Source: Serratia phage vB_SmaM-Kodama. From it: a stretch of 40,000 nt of DNA. Within the stretch, counting starts at the first letter, position 1; each line of letters begins with the position of its first letter. Under the pieces are notes generated by a model. The model saw nothing but the letters and a program-made list of their open reading frames with translations. It did no database searches and was not told the origin of the DNA. Positions 8,656-17,959 of this stretch are shown one piece after another. Where the stretch lies: the sequence record ON287376.1; one strand, given 5' to 3'. The position numbers and the translations under genes are program-made.

Positions 8656-10008
8656 ATGTCTACGAACGTTGAAGTAGTTAAGTACCCGTATGACCCGACA
8701 GGTAATGCGATTACTAACCGTATCATCAATGAACGCCGTACCGTTGGTCGTGAATACAACCGTGCATTAGCTCCATATGCCGGGCCGTACTATTCTGACT
8801 CAATGGTGGTGACTGATGCAATCACTGCCAAAGTTCTGGTTCGGGATTACGACTATAAGTTGCTTTATCCTGAGCAAGAGGCTGAGCTCCGTATCGGTAA
8901 GCCTGTATGTACCATGGTTCAGATCCTCAACCTGGATCACACCGACGTTAACCTGACGTATCAAGTTGTCGGTGGCCCGTACAGTACTTCCGTTAACGTG
9001 ATTGGTAAACTCCTTAATGAGATTCAGCAGGACAACCGCCCAGTTCGCTGGGATGACATCCTGGGGAAACCAACTGAGTTCAACCCATCAAAACACCTGA
9101 CCTCTGCAACCGACCTTTACGGTTTGGAATACGTGGTCATGTCGTTGGAAGATATCGTCCAGGCTATCTACCAAGGTGACGTCAGCTCCCACGATGTACT
9201 TTACGATTACATTGAGCGAATCAAAAAGTATTTGGACGACAACCTGAATGACCTCCACAACATGGACAATGAGTTGGCTGCTCGTATTGAAGCCGTCAAC
9301 GTCCGTGTCGATTCGACTAACCTCGATCTGAAGGCATTAGGTGATCGTACCGATAAACACATCGGGGATAAAGATAACCCGCACAATACCACCAAAGCAC
9401 AAGTCGGTCTGGGGGCAGTGGAGAACTACCGTCCTGCGACTCAACCTGAAGCTGAGGCAGGTACTGCTAACGAAGTGGTCATGACAGCTCTGCGCACTTG
9501 GCAGGCGATCACTAAGTTTAACACCCTGAACATCGATCCTAAAATCAGTAGTCACATCGCTAACCGAAACAACCCACACGGTGTAACTGCCGCACAAGTT
9601 GGTTTAGGTGCAGTGGCTAACGTTCGTCAGGTTCAACAGGGCGGCGGTGTTAACATGCTGAATAACACGGTGCAGATCGGTTGGTCAGCTGGCGGTTTGA
9701 TTGCTCAAGTTGATAGTACTCAATTGGGGCGCATCTATACCTCAAATAACCCCGATCCAGCAGTCGCATCTCACGCTAACCGTCGCGATAACCCACATGG
9801 AGTTACGGCAGCCCAAGTTGGTTTAGGGAACGTTCCTAACTGGAGTGCAGCGAACGAAGGGACAGCAGCGGCCGGGTGGAGCAATAACACCTTTGCTTCC
9901 CCTCTATCCATTCGTCGTTTCCACGAAGCCCAACGCACCATCAGTTGGAACGGTCCTGGTTCGACTAACGGATTTAGCGGCGACCATATCTGGTACCAGT
10001 TAGGTTAA
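8656..10008 (+). CDS. second tail fibre-like protein, paralogue of the upstream fibre (450 aa)
   Basis: KDNPHNTTKAQVGLGAVENYRPAT, RNNPHGVTAAQVGLGAVAN, RRDNPHGVTAAQVGLGNVPNWSAA; N-terminal region shares layout with the upstream gene. Confidence 0.85.
   Translation: MSTNVEVVKYPYDPTGNAITNRIINERRTVGREYNRALAPYAGPYYSDSMVVTDAITAKVLVRDYDYKLLYPEQEAELRIGKPVCTMVQILNLDHTDVNLTYQVVGGPYSTSVNVIGKLLNEIQQDNRPVRWDDILGKPTEFNPSKHLTSATDLYGLEYVVMSLEDIVQAIYQGDVSSHDVLYDYIERIKKYLDDNLNDLHNMDNELAARIEAVNVRVDSTNLDLKALGDRTDKHIGDKDNPHNTTKAQVGLGAVENYRPATQPEAEAGTANEVVMTALRTWQAITKFNTLNIDPKISSHIANRNNPHGVTAAQVGLGAVANVRQVQQGGGVNMLNNTVQIGWSAGGLIAQVDSTQLGRIYTSNNPDPAVASHANRRDNPHGVTAAQVGLGNVPNWSAANEGTAAAGWSNNTFASPLSIRRFHEAQRTISWNGPGSTNGFSGDHIWYQLG
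9349..9925 (+). repeat. three coding tail-fibre repeats
   Basis: NPHxxTxAQVGLGxVxN motif three times. Confidence 0.75.
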
Positions 10009-10019
10009 GCGAGGTAATC

Positions 10020-10547
10020 GTGCTTTACGTTAACTCAGGGGGCGCTTGGCGTCCCTGTAATAGAGCATACGTTAACAGTGGTGGTGCTTGGCGAAACGTC
10101 AAACAGATCTACACTAACACCAACGGTAAGTGGTGGCCTGTCTGGGATAAAGCCAATGCTCAGATGCCTATCTACAACCAAACCGTAATGGCTTGGGGTC
10201 GTGGTGGCGGGATGCCAGGGACTGTTTGGGGGAGTACTGTTTGCTACGCGGATTGGTGGCTGGAGATTTACCGCCCCATTATTGGGATTGTATTCTCCTT
10301 CAACATTTCTAAGTGGCAAGGTTCTCTCCATGGTTCGGGTGGTAACTTTGGCATTGGAGAGAGCGATCCGGGCGTTCAATGGAAAGCGGATGACCGCACT
10401 GGTGAACAACAATCTCCGGTAATGGGTTGTAACGTACAGCCAGGTCACGTGCTCCGTCTGTGGAACTACGGTAACTCTAACCAAGGTGACGGTAAGACGT
10501 ATAGTTGGCTTCGGTTAGACCGAGTCATCTACGGAGATCCGCCGTAA
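10020..10547 (+). CDS. small Trp/Gly-rich tail-associated protein with YVNSGGAW repeats (175 aa)
   Basis: LYVNSGGAWRPCNRAYVNSGGAWRNVKQIYTNTNGKWWPVW; co-directional and closely spaced with the fibre genes. Confidence 0.6.
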   Translation: MLYVNSGGAWRPCNRAYVNSGGAWRNVKQIYTNTNGKWWPVWDKANAQMPIYNQTVMAWGRGGGMPGTVWGSTVCYADWWLEIYRPIIGIVFSFNISKWQGSLHGSGGNFGIGESDPGVQWKADDRTGEQQSPVMGCNVQPGHVLRLWNYGNSNQGDGKTYSWLRLDRVIYGDPP

Positions 10548-10559
10548 AAAGAAAATAGC

Positions 10560-10584
10560 GGAGAGGGCGTTTGCCCTCTCCCTA
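10560..10584. terminator. probable bidirectional terminator at convergent junction
   Basis: ggagagggc-gttt-gccctctcc with an upstream A-tract (aaaaagaaaa) serving the minus strand; the plus-strand T-tract is weak. Confidence 0.7.
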
Positions 10585-10592
10585 TGTTTGCA

Positions 10593-11582
10593 TTATCGCT
10601 TAGGTACAGAAGTACCAGATTCGCCGGATCCGGTCTGGACGCCCTTATGTCCGTGGTACCGGAGTGTAATTCCGCCAGTGCTGGTTTCGAAGTCTTCGGC
10701 TTTCACTACCTTCTCAACTTCCAGTGGCCCTTTCATCTTAGCTGTGAAGTCTCCGCTACTTGACTTCTCTTGGATAATGGGTCCATTGAGCGCAATCAGT
10801 CCGTTGAGGGAAATCTTGGTTGCGGTAAAGTCAGCGTCATTAGCAACATTAAACTTAAGGCTATCAGCTGCCTCTAGATTAAAGTTGTTGCAAGAGATGT
10901 AGATATTACCGCCAGCAACAATACCGATATCTTCCTCAGCATTCATTAGGAGATCTTTCTCTTTAATCTCAACTAACGTACCATCGGAGTTTACCATCCG
11001 TACTCGTTTCTCACGAGTATTCAGGTAGAGTTCTTGTCCCTGGTCATCGCCGATACTGATGAGTCCGTTACCGCCACTAATGTTAACATGATACTTAGCC
11101 ACCTCTCCGTTAGCCTGTGACGTTGAGATAGTAATGCCCTTACCGTGTCCACTGATTTCCAGCATGTAATGAGTGTCGGGGTTAGGTGCTTCTCCGTTAG
11201 CGCTCAGGTTACCCGACACCATCAGTCGTTTAGTTTCACCACGACGAAGATTAATCTGGTCACCACGTTCACGCCAGTAATATTTATTCTGGTCAGCATA
11301 ACGGATTAATTCAACAACCTCACCACGTTGTACATCGGGTGCAGTTGTCCAGCTACTATCGGTTCCTCGCCACTCTGCTTCAATGACAGTATCTGTAAAT
11401 GTTTTTACGTGAACGGGATTACCCCTACTGTCTTTACCTTCTATCTCCAGAGTCTGTGGATTAGAACGAATAGCACCTTGCATCCAGGGTGCGATCTCTA
11501 CAGGCCACACCATGATGTTATTCGTTGTCAATGGTTTGTTCTCAGCAACGATACCGAAGAACTTAGATGCGATATCACTCAT
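10593..11582 (-). CDS. baseplate central spike / gp5-like protein (329 aa)
   Basis: Small beta-rich N-terminal domain (MQGAIRS...DVQRGEVVELIRYADQNKYYW) followed by a beta-prism-like series (SGHGKGITIST..., GGNGLISIGDDQG..., EEDIGIVAGGNIYISCNN). Confidence 0.55.
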   Translation of the reverse strand: MSDIASKFFGIVAENKPLTTNNIMVWPVEIAPWMQGAIRSNPQTLEIEGKDSRGNPVHVKTFTDTVIEAEWRGTDSSWTTAPDVQRGEVVELIRYADQNKYYWRERGDQINLRRGETKRLMVSGNLSANGEAPNPDTHYMLEISGHGKGITISTSQANGEVAKYHVNISGGNGLISIGDDQGQELYLNTREKRVRMVNSDGTLVEIKEKDLLMNAEEDIGIVAGGNIYISCNNFNLEAADSLKFNVANDADFTATKISLNGLIALNGPIIQEKSSSGDFTAKMKGPLEVEKVVKAEDFETSTGGITLRYHGHKGVQTGSGESGTSVPKR

Positions 11583-11643
11583 GGTTTATTTCTACGCTCG
11601 ATTGAATTAGGTTGAAGACAATAGTTTAAACTGAGGAACTCTC

Positions 11644-14124
11644 GTGCTTAAATTGTTAGAAGTATCGATTAGTCATAACAAACGCTTTAAGTCTGGCTTG
11701 ATCGATCAAATCGTCTACACCCCCGAATCATCTTACCAGGTGATCGTTGGGCCGAATGGGGCAGGTAAGTCAGCACTCCTGGACGAATTGACATCATACC
11801 CTTCCCCTTCCGCTTCTTTCTACAAAAACGGGGAATCGCGTAGAAAATTACAACTTGACGGAGTCAACTACGAATGCGTGTCAGACTTCCGTTCAGGGAG
11901 TAAGCATGAGTTCTGGAAAGAAGGCGTAAACCTTAATGAAGGCGGTACGCTGGTTGTTCAAAAGGACTTACTCGCCAAGCATTTGAACATCACTGAGCTG
12001 TCTCATCAGATAGCTACAGATAAGCTCGTCTTATCTACCATGTCTCCAGCGAAGCGCCAAGAAGTCTTTAGTCAACTTATTAACCAAGACTTGACTCTAG
12101 CGTATAGCCTGTTTAATAAGGCACGTACCAAACTCCGTGATGCCACCGGGGCAAAACGAATGTTGGAAGATTCACTGGTAAATAAGCAGACCATGAATCT
12201 CTCCGATGAAGAGTACGAAATGCTTCAGGTTCGTTTAGCTGAGTACCAAGGGAAGGTTACTGAGTTACTGACGGACTACAGCGAGCAGAATGGGACGTCG
12301 ATGACAATTGACCAGATTATGGGTCAATGGATGCGGTTTACTGAGGGCGATTTAAAGAACTGGGGGAAATACCTTCCAGATAGTCCCATAGACGCAGCAG
12401 ATGAAGCTGTGTTCAATCAGAAGATGGAAACGCTACGGTTATCGCTTAATCAGCTAAGAACGCAAGGAGCAGCGTTACAGGAAGAATATGACAACCTTGA
12501 CGATACTGTTAAACGTTTAGGGGATAGCTCGGCGGAGAACGTTGAGAAACTCCAAGACGAAAGGGACTACCATCTCAAACGTATCGCTCGTTTAGAACAC
12601 TCAGCCGACAACTACATGTTCCGTCCTGACATCTATAGTCCTGAGATGAACTTTGGAGCAGCGAAGGAAGAACTCAAACGAGTCTTTACTCGTTGGTCTG
12701 ATGCGCTCAGTTCCTTAACGCCCAACACGGAAGGTAAGTACACCAGAAACAATCTGGAAGAGATTCAGCGGAAGATTCGTACTGGTAAAGAGTCCTATAA
12801 CGCTTTGGTATTCCAACGTCAGCGTGCAGAGGAACAACTGGAGCACTTTACTAAAGGCGAACAGATTAACTGCCCTCAGTGTAGCTACAAATGGACACCA
12901 GGTACCCGTCCAGAAGATCAACCTCGGTTAGTGGCTAAGATAGCACAGCTCAACGAACAGATTAGCAAAGGGGATCGTTACCTCTCTGAGCTCTCTGTAA
13001 CCGAACAGGAGATCATCGAGTGGAGTAACCTTTACCGTGAGGTGGTTTCATTGGAGAAAGGCTGTAGCGCGGCGTCTGAGCTCTTCGGACGTATCCACCA
13101 TGAAATCAATATTACGGAACAGCCAGTTCAAGCCGTTACAATGGCTCATAACTTGATTGAGGATCTGGAACGTTTCGTAGAGATCGAAAACTCCCAGCGT
13201 ATTATCAATGAGACAGAAGCTATCCTACAACGTCTTAAAGATAATAACGTAACGGGTGTTGACCAGCTCAAGATTCGCATGGAGCAACTTCGTTTTCGGC
13301 TCTCAGATAATGCTTTGGAACAGGATCGTTTGATTTTAGTATTGAACGAGATGGAACGTCAACGGAATCAGATTCGTCGCTTTACGGAAAAAGCTGATGA
13401 GTTAGAGAACCGGTTTGAGAATCTGTACGCCGAGGGCCATCGTACAATTAACAATGTGTTTAACCAAGTCCGTAAAATTCTTATTGCGGATTTACAAGGA
13501 CACATCGGTACCATCAGTAAACAACTCAATGATGTGAAGACACTACGTGATCAGATTGCCGATAATGAGAAACAGCTAGCGGAACAGCAACGTCTCATTG
13601 TGGGATATTCTAAGATCGTAGAGGATCTCTCTCCAAAGGCAGGTATCATCGCTGAACAGATGTCAGAATTTATAGAGACTTTTATAGGGCAGATGAATGA
13701 AGTTATTGCGGAGATTTGGACTTACCCAATGGAAGTGATGGTAGGTAAGCCAACTGATTCTGAATTGAGTTATGTCTTCCCAGTGTTTTTACCTGAATCA
13801 GATTCCATCGTTCCTGATGTTAAAGAAACCTCGGACGGACAAATCGGCGTAATCGATTTTGCTTTTAAAATCACCGCCATGATGTACCTTAATCAAGTTA
13901 ATGTACCTTTACTCCTCGATGAAGTCGATCGTCCTTTAGAGCCAGCGCACAAAGCGAAGATGATTAATTTCATCAGCGGGTCAGTTGAGAATGAACGCTT
14001 CAGTCAAGTCTTCTTGATCTCTCACCATGCTGGTTCACACGGATCACTACCTTTTCCTGATGTAGTAGACTTCAATTACCGTGACCCGAGGGAAGAGTCA
14101 AATAAGGTCATTAGCTTCCAATAG
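11644..14124 (+). CDS. sbcC-like: SbcC/Rad50-like recombination nuclease ATPase subunit (826 aa)
   Basis: Walker A VGPNGAGKSALLDEL, central CPQC zinc hook flanked by coiled coils, C-terminal VPLLLDEVDRPLEPAHK Walker B and FLISHHAG. Confidence 0.85.
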   Translation: MLKLLEVSISHNKRFKSGLIDQIVYTPESSYQVIVGPNGAGKSALLDELTSYPSPSASFYKNGESRRKLQLDGVNYECVSDFRSGSKHEFWKEGVNLNEGGTLVVQKDLLAKHLNITELSHQIATDKLVLSTMSPAKRQEVFSQLINQDLTLAYSLFNKARTKLRDATGAKRMLEDSLVNKQTMNLSDEEYEMLQVRLAEYQGKVTELLTDYSEQNGTSMTIDQIMGQWMRFTEGDLKNWGKYLPDSPIDAADEAVFNQKMETLRLSLNQLRTQGAALQEEYDNLDDTVKRLGDSSAENVEKLQDERDYHLKRIARLEHSADNYMFRPDIYSPEMNFGAAKEELKRVFTRWSDALSSLTPNTEGKYTRNNLEEIQRKIRTGKESYNALVFQRQRAEEQLEHFTKGEQINCPQCSYKWTPGTRPEDQPRLVAKIAQLNEQISKGDRYLSELSVTEQEIIEWSNLYREVVSLEKGCSAASELFGRIHHEINITEQPVQAVTMAHNLIEDLERFVEIENSQRIINETEAILQRLKDNNVTGVDQLKIRMEQLRFRLSDNALEQDRLILVLNEMERQRNQIRRFTEKADELENRFENLYAEGHRTINNVFNQVRKILIADLQGHIGTISKQLNDVKTLRDQIADNEKQLAEQQRLIVGYSKIVEDLSPKAGIIAEQMSEFIETFIGQMNEVIAEIWTYPMEVMVGKPTDSELSYVFPVFLPESDSIVPDVKETSDGQIGVIDFAFKITAMMYLNQVNVPLLLDEVDRPLEPAHKAKMINFISGSVENERFSQVFLISHHAGSHGSLPFPDVVDFNYRDPREESNKVISFQ

Positions 14125-14137
14125 GGAGAATGACTAA

Positions 14138-14299
14138 ATGGGTAAGATTAAACACCGCCTTTTACGATTGGTGTTCTTCTTTGCATTAGCCTACATTACG
14201 GGCCATGCAATCAGTTTGGATTTAGACAACCCAATACTGATCCTTTCGCTGTTGATTTGCTGGGCAACCGTATTTATCAACAATATCTTAAATGACTGA
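14138..14299 (+). CDS. small two-helix membrane protein (53 aa), absent from the ORF track
   Basis: MGKIKHRLLRLVFFFALAYITGHAISLDLDNPILILSLLICWATVFINNILND*; RBS ggga-ga upstream, 13 nt after the SbcC-like stop, terminator follows the stop. Confidence 0.6.
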   Translation: MGKIKHRLLRLVFFFALAYITGHAISLDLDNPILILSLLICWATVFINNILND

Positions 14300-14305
14300 C
14301 ATAGT

Positions 14306-14327
14306 GCGAAGGGGATTTCCCCTTCGC
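14306..14327 (+). terminator. intrinsic terminator-like hairpin
   Basis: gcgaagggg-attt-ccccttcgc. Confidence 0.65.
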
Positions 14328-14443
14328 CTATTCCCATTTATTTTCACGTATATATCACTATTATGCAAGTGAACAACTTAGCGAAGGTTGCACGACTAAA
14401 AACTGCAACTCCTTAAATCCGAAATAAAAAAGGAAATAAACAA

Positions 14444-15430
14444 ATGTTAAAATCCCCTGAAGCATACGCAAGCAAAGCCGCTTACGAGAGTCAACTGTTC
14501 CTGCATAAAGCGAACGTCGACGATTTTGCACTGTGGCCGAATGCGGGCCTTGTCCTAAGGATAATGTCCCATAATGAAGAAACGACCCATACTGACGCCA
14601 AACCAAGGATTATTATCCAACGGTTGAATAACACGATTCCCATCTTCCAGAAAGAAGCAGAGTTGTTGTTGTCGTTTGCTAAAATGTTGATTAATGGCCC
14701 TTCGTTGCCTGAGATTAGAGTGGGTCGTTTCTCATACATCAAAAGTGAGAACAGAGAAGCAATTTTCATAGAGTCTACTTCTTCATTCTCGCGCATTATG
14801 TTCTTGGCACATTTGAATAGTTCGCCGATTGAAAACGGCTTTAAACTGTTACTCGGGCGTCTGATAGAAATATTAGAGCAGTTCCTGCGTATCTGTAATA
14901 ATGAGCCAGTCACAATCGACAAACATTTTACTTTCGGCGATAGTACGCTTGTTGGTCTAGGTAGAAATTCAGAAGGGAATCACGTCATTCCACATCTGTG
15001 TCTGGCTAACAGATGTGGAATTAAAAGTATTATTTTCTCTATCCCCGATAAAAGTTCAGTCAATATCTCAGAAGTACTTTTCGATGGCGAGGATATACTA
15101 CCGCTGGATATGGTTGTAAATGTCTACATAAACGCAATCAAGGAAATTGCCACCCGGCATAAGTTACGTTCTTCTATCCCTACTCCGTTTAGAGAATCAG
15201 TGCAGTTATTTGATGGCAAAAGAAGTACTCACATGGAATTCGTTTCCATCCTTTCTTTCGGCCACTCCGAAGATGACCACTTAAACGGCCTGACGCCGGC
15301 GTCAGTTATTTCCATAAACTCGGAAACCTTCGTCCATCAGTCTAAAGCAGTTTTCAAATATGATGAAGTCTTTGTAAACTCGCTGCTGAAAGAACTCTCG
15401 TATTTAGGCGAGTTATCGAAAACAATGTAA
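14444..15430 (+). CDS. hypothetical protein (328 aa), moron-like unit
   Basis: ATG after AT-rich leader and RBS-like aaaaaggaaa; hairpins on both sides; no recognisable family. Confidence 0.7.
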   Translation: MLKSPEAYASKAAYESQLFLHKANVDDFALWPNAGLVLRIMSHNEETTHTDAKPRIIIQRLNNTIPIFQKEAELLLSFAKMLINGPSLPEIRVGRFSYIKSENREAIFIESTSSFSRIMFLAHLNSSPIENGFKLLLGRLIEILEQFLRICNNEPVTIDKHFTFGDSTLVGLGRNSEGNHVIPHLCLANRCGIKSIIFSIPDKSSVNISEVLFDGEDILPLDMVVNVYINAIKEIATRHKLRSSIPTPFRESVQLFDGKRSTHMEFVSILSFGHSEDDHLNGLTPASVISINSETFVHQSKAVFKYDEVFVNSLLKELSYLGELSKTM

Positions 15431-15437
15431 TCTGAAG

Positions 15438-15467
15438 AAAGAGGGATGATTAAGTTCATCCCTCTTT
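15438..15467 (+). terminator. intrinsic terminator
   Basis: aaagagggatga-ttaagt-tcatccctcttttta. Confidence 0.85.
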
Positions 15468-15516
15468 TTATCTTAGATTAACAAAATTTTACTTTTTAAT
15501 TATTGGAGAATCAAAT

Positions 15517-16146
15517 ATGCGTTCGATCAAACACCTGGCCCCCTTGTTAAAAACTTACGGTAAAGTTGATCGTGGTGGTATCCTGAGCATTCAGCACCAG
15601 ACCTTCTACGTTCGTCCTGCGCCACTGAACAGCGAAATCGACATCAGTGAAAACATGTCGGACTACACCACTGCCCAGATGGACAGCTGGCGTTCTCTGG
15701 ATTCTTTCCAGGACATGATCGATATCATCGCCAATACCTACGGTGCCAACGTCGCTTCTAAAGTCCCGGCTGTTGGGATTCCAACTCTGCCTGAAGCGTA
15801 CGCTAAATTCCTGGAAGAGAGCAAACTCTCCATGCCTCCGGTGGCGGTATTCTCCATGGAGATCCGTGATGCACAACCGTTCTCCCAAAACCTGTTCCAC
15901 TTCATCGAAGGCATTCCGCCGGAAGTCTCCGAGAAACTGCTGAACGATGTTCGCGCCAAACTGGCCGAAGTTGACCTGCCGGGTGAAATGGTTAACCTGA
16001 ACTTCATGGTTCAGGAAAGCTGCACGGTTATGGAACTGTACCGGATGATGACTTTCATCACCGTCCTGCTGAAAGAGTCGGCAAAAGAAACTCACTTCCT
16101 GCCAGGTCGTGCGGTGGGTACTTTCGCTTACATCTCTGCGGAGTAA
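15517..16146 (+). CDS. hypothetical protein (209 aa)
   Basis: Long ORF, RBS attggag upstream of ATG at 15517. Confidence 0.65.
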   Translation: MRSIKHLAPLLKTYGKVDRGGILSIQHQTFYVRPAPLNSEIDISENMSDYTTAQMDSWRSLDSFQDMIDIIANTYGANVASKVPAVGIPTLPEAYAKFLEESKLSMPPVAVFSMEIRDAQPFSQNLFHFIEGIPPEVSEKLLNDVRAKLAEVDLPGEMVNLNFMVQESCTVMELYRMMTFITVLLKESAKETHFLPGRAVGTFAYISAE

Positions 16147-16152
16147 TTCCAG

Positions 16153-16848
16153 ATGGAAACTAAAGAGTTAACTTTAGTAGAAAAGATGCAGCGCCGCCGT
16201 GATCTGAAAAATCAGTTGCGTGAGCTACTGGAAAATCGTAACCCTGCCGATGTTTACACGGTAGTAAAGCGTCAATTCGTGCTCGATGAAAATGGGGAAA
16301 CCAAGTTAGTCGAACGTGAGGTGCAGACTACCAAGGCAGAGGAAGATCTCCGTCTTGAGATTGATAACCTTAAGGCCGAGATTAACCATTACTCCGGCGA
16401 CCACTGGATGAACCGCCAGCGCGTCAATGAACTGATTGCTAAGGCGAAAGTTCAGTACGATGAAGTTATCTCGAAGGGGATAACTGATGGTCTGATCGAA
16501 GTTAAAAGTTATGGTCTGATGTTCCTTTCAAATGGCGACGTTGCTTTCGGATCTACTCCTCGGTGGTCTACTGTGGAAATCGAAGAGCAGTTGAAAGAAG
16601 CCGCAGGTCTGTACCACAGGGAAGCGGCCGGCCTGTACTCCAATTCCGGCGCAATGCACAGCGGCCAGAATAAAGGATTTAGTACTCTGACCAAAGACCT
16701 CCGAGTCATCGGCGCAGCCACAGGGAAAGATAAATCTCGCATCTTCCCTATCCACGACGAAGCACCGTTTATCCCAGGTAATCCAAAACCCCAGGGTAAA
16801 AACGATCTGCTTTCCAAATTAATCCGCCGTCGGGTTAACAACAAGTAA
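16153..16848 (+). CDS. hypothetical protein, coiled-coil rich (231 aa)
   Basis: Closely follows the previous gene; charged helical N-terminus (ELTLVEKMQRRRDLKNQLRELLENR...). Confidence 0.6.
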   Translation: METKELTLVEKMQRRRDLKNQLRELLENRNPADVYTVVKRQFVLDENGETKLVEREVQTTKAEEDLRLEIDNLKAEINHYSGDHWMNRQRVNELIAKAKVQYDEVISKGITDGLIEVKSYGLMFLSNGDVAFGSTPRWSTVEIEEQLKEAAGLYHREAAGLYSNSGAMHSGQNKGFSTLTKDLRVIGAATGKDKSRIFPIHDEAPFIPGNPKPQGKNDLLSKLIRRRVNNK

Positions 16849-16923
16849 CTTGTAGTAAATAACGTCATTATCCGTAGTATGTACAAACTGTAAATCACTC
16901 AATCTCAAATAGGAAATATCAAC

Positions 16924-17166
16924 ATGCAAATCGAACTGAACGAAGTACTGGCATCCAAAGTTGAAACTCTGGCAACTGCAACTGGCAAAGACGCACACGG
17001 CGTCGTAGAAGCTGCGATCGAAACTTTCGCCTGGACCACCACCGCAGAAGCCGCCGGCAAAACTGTTCTGGCTGCCAGTAAATCTGACGAAGGCACCTGG
17101 GTGGAAGAAGCGTTCCTGTCTGACGCTGACTTCCGTAAAGCTCCGGAAGCTGACGTAGCAGAATAA
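16924..17166 (+). CDS. small acidic hypothetical protein (80 aa)
   Basis: RBS ataggaaat upstream of ATG; followed by a strong hairpin. Confidence 0.6.
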   Translation: MQIELNEVLASKVETLATATGKDAHGVVEAAIETFAWTTTAEAAGKTVLAASKSDEGTWVEEAFLSDADFRKAPEADVAE

Positions 17167-17194
17167 ACCAAACAAATCGGCGCGATGCGCTACG

Positions 17195-17220
17195 CTAGGA
17201 TACCCTTCGGGGTATCCTAG
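17195..17220 (+). terminator. strong hairpin, probable terminator
   Basis: ctaggataccc-ttcg-gggtatcctag: perfect 11 bp stem with TTCG tetraloop; the T-tract is displaced downstream. Confidence 0.65.
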
Positions 17221-17265
17221 TACCTACTTCTTTTATCTTTTCTTTTTTTGTTAGAGGATAGCAAC

Positions 17266-17919
17266 ATGACCGTTATCACCAAAGAAGAACTCCTGTCCGA
17301 GATGAAGACTCGCTTCTGTGAAGCTCTCGATTCTCTCTACGGTTTCCAACTCGTCATCGACGAAGAATACAACATCCTGGAGATGGCTACTCTCCAGCCA
17401 TTAGTTAGCCCAACTACCCATAAAATCCTGGCGTTGATCAGCACCCAGATGATGGAAGAAGGTAAGTACGAAAACTTACCTAAAGACCCTGCTGATCTTT
17501 ACAAACAACTGGACGCTAAGTTAGGCGAAGGCTGGCGTTCTATCCCAGTAACTAACTTCAAGTCTGATCCGAACGACGTATTCGACTGGGGTCAGATTGC
17601 CTCGATCTACATGGTAGGGAGTAACATCTCCTATCAGATCAACAGCTTCTTTGCTATCATGGCCGCTCTGGCACTTAACTACGAAATCATCGTTACCTTC
17701 AACGACGAAGGTCAGCCGAGCATCCAATTCCCGGATACTTTCTCTGAGATCAAATCGGTAGTTGATGAGATTGTTGCCATGTACGCCGATAAGCTGGCGG
17801 AACGTCGTATCGAACTGGAAGCTGAGAACGAAGCTGTATTGAACAGAGTCCGCAGCGCCGTGACCATCGACCAAGATGCCGCCAACGCACCTGAGCTTGA
17901 TCCAGCCAAACCAGAATAA
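17266..17919 (+). CDS. hypothetical protein (217 aa)
   Basis: RBS agagga at 17253-17258 supports ATG at 17266, not the TTG at 17248 used in the track. Confidence 0.65.
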   Translation: MTVITKEELLSEMKTRFCEALDSLYGFQLVIDEEYNILEMATLQPLVSPTTHKILALISTQMMEEGKYENLPKDPADLYKQLDAKLGEGWRSIPVTNFKSDPNDVFDWGQIASIYMVGSNISYQINSFFAIMAALALNYEIIVTFNDEGQPSIQFPDTFSEIKSVVDEIVAMYADKLAERRIELEAENEAVLNRVRSAVTIDQDAANAPELDPAKPE

Positions 17920-17928
17920 CAAACATAG

Positions 17929-17955
17929 CCGGAGGACCGTAAGGTCCTCCGGTTT
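17929..17955. terminator. terminator-like hairpin at convergent junction
   Basis: ccggaggacc-gtaa-ggtcctccgg then ttt. Confidence 0.75.
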
Positions 17956-17959
17956 ATGA

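Noticed and set aside
15547-16095. 182 aa minus-strand ORF
   Set aside because: Antisense to the 209 aa gene, low-quality translation (GDESHHPVQFHNRAAFLNHEV), no upstream signals.
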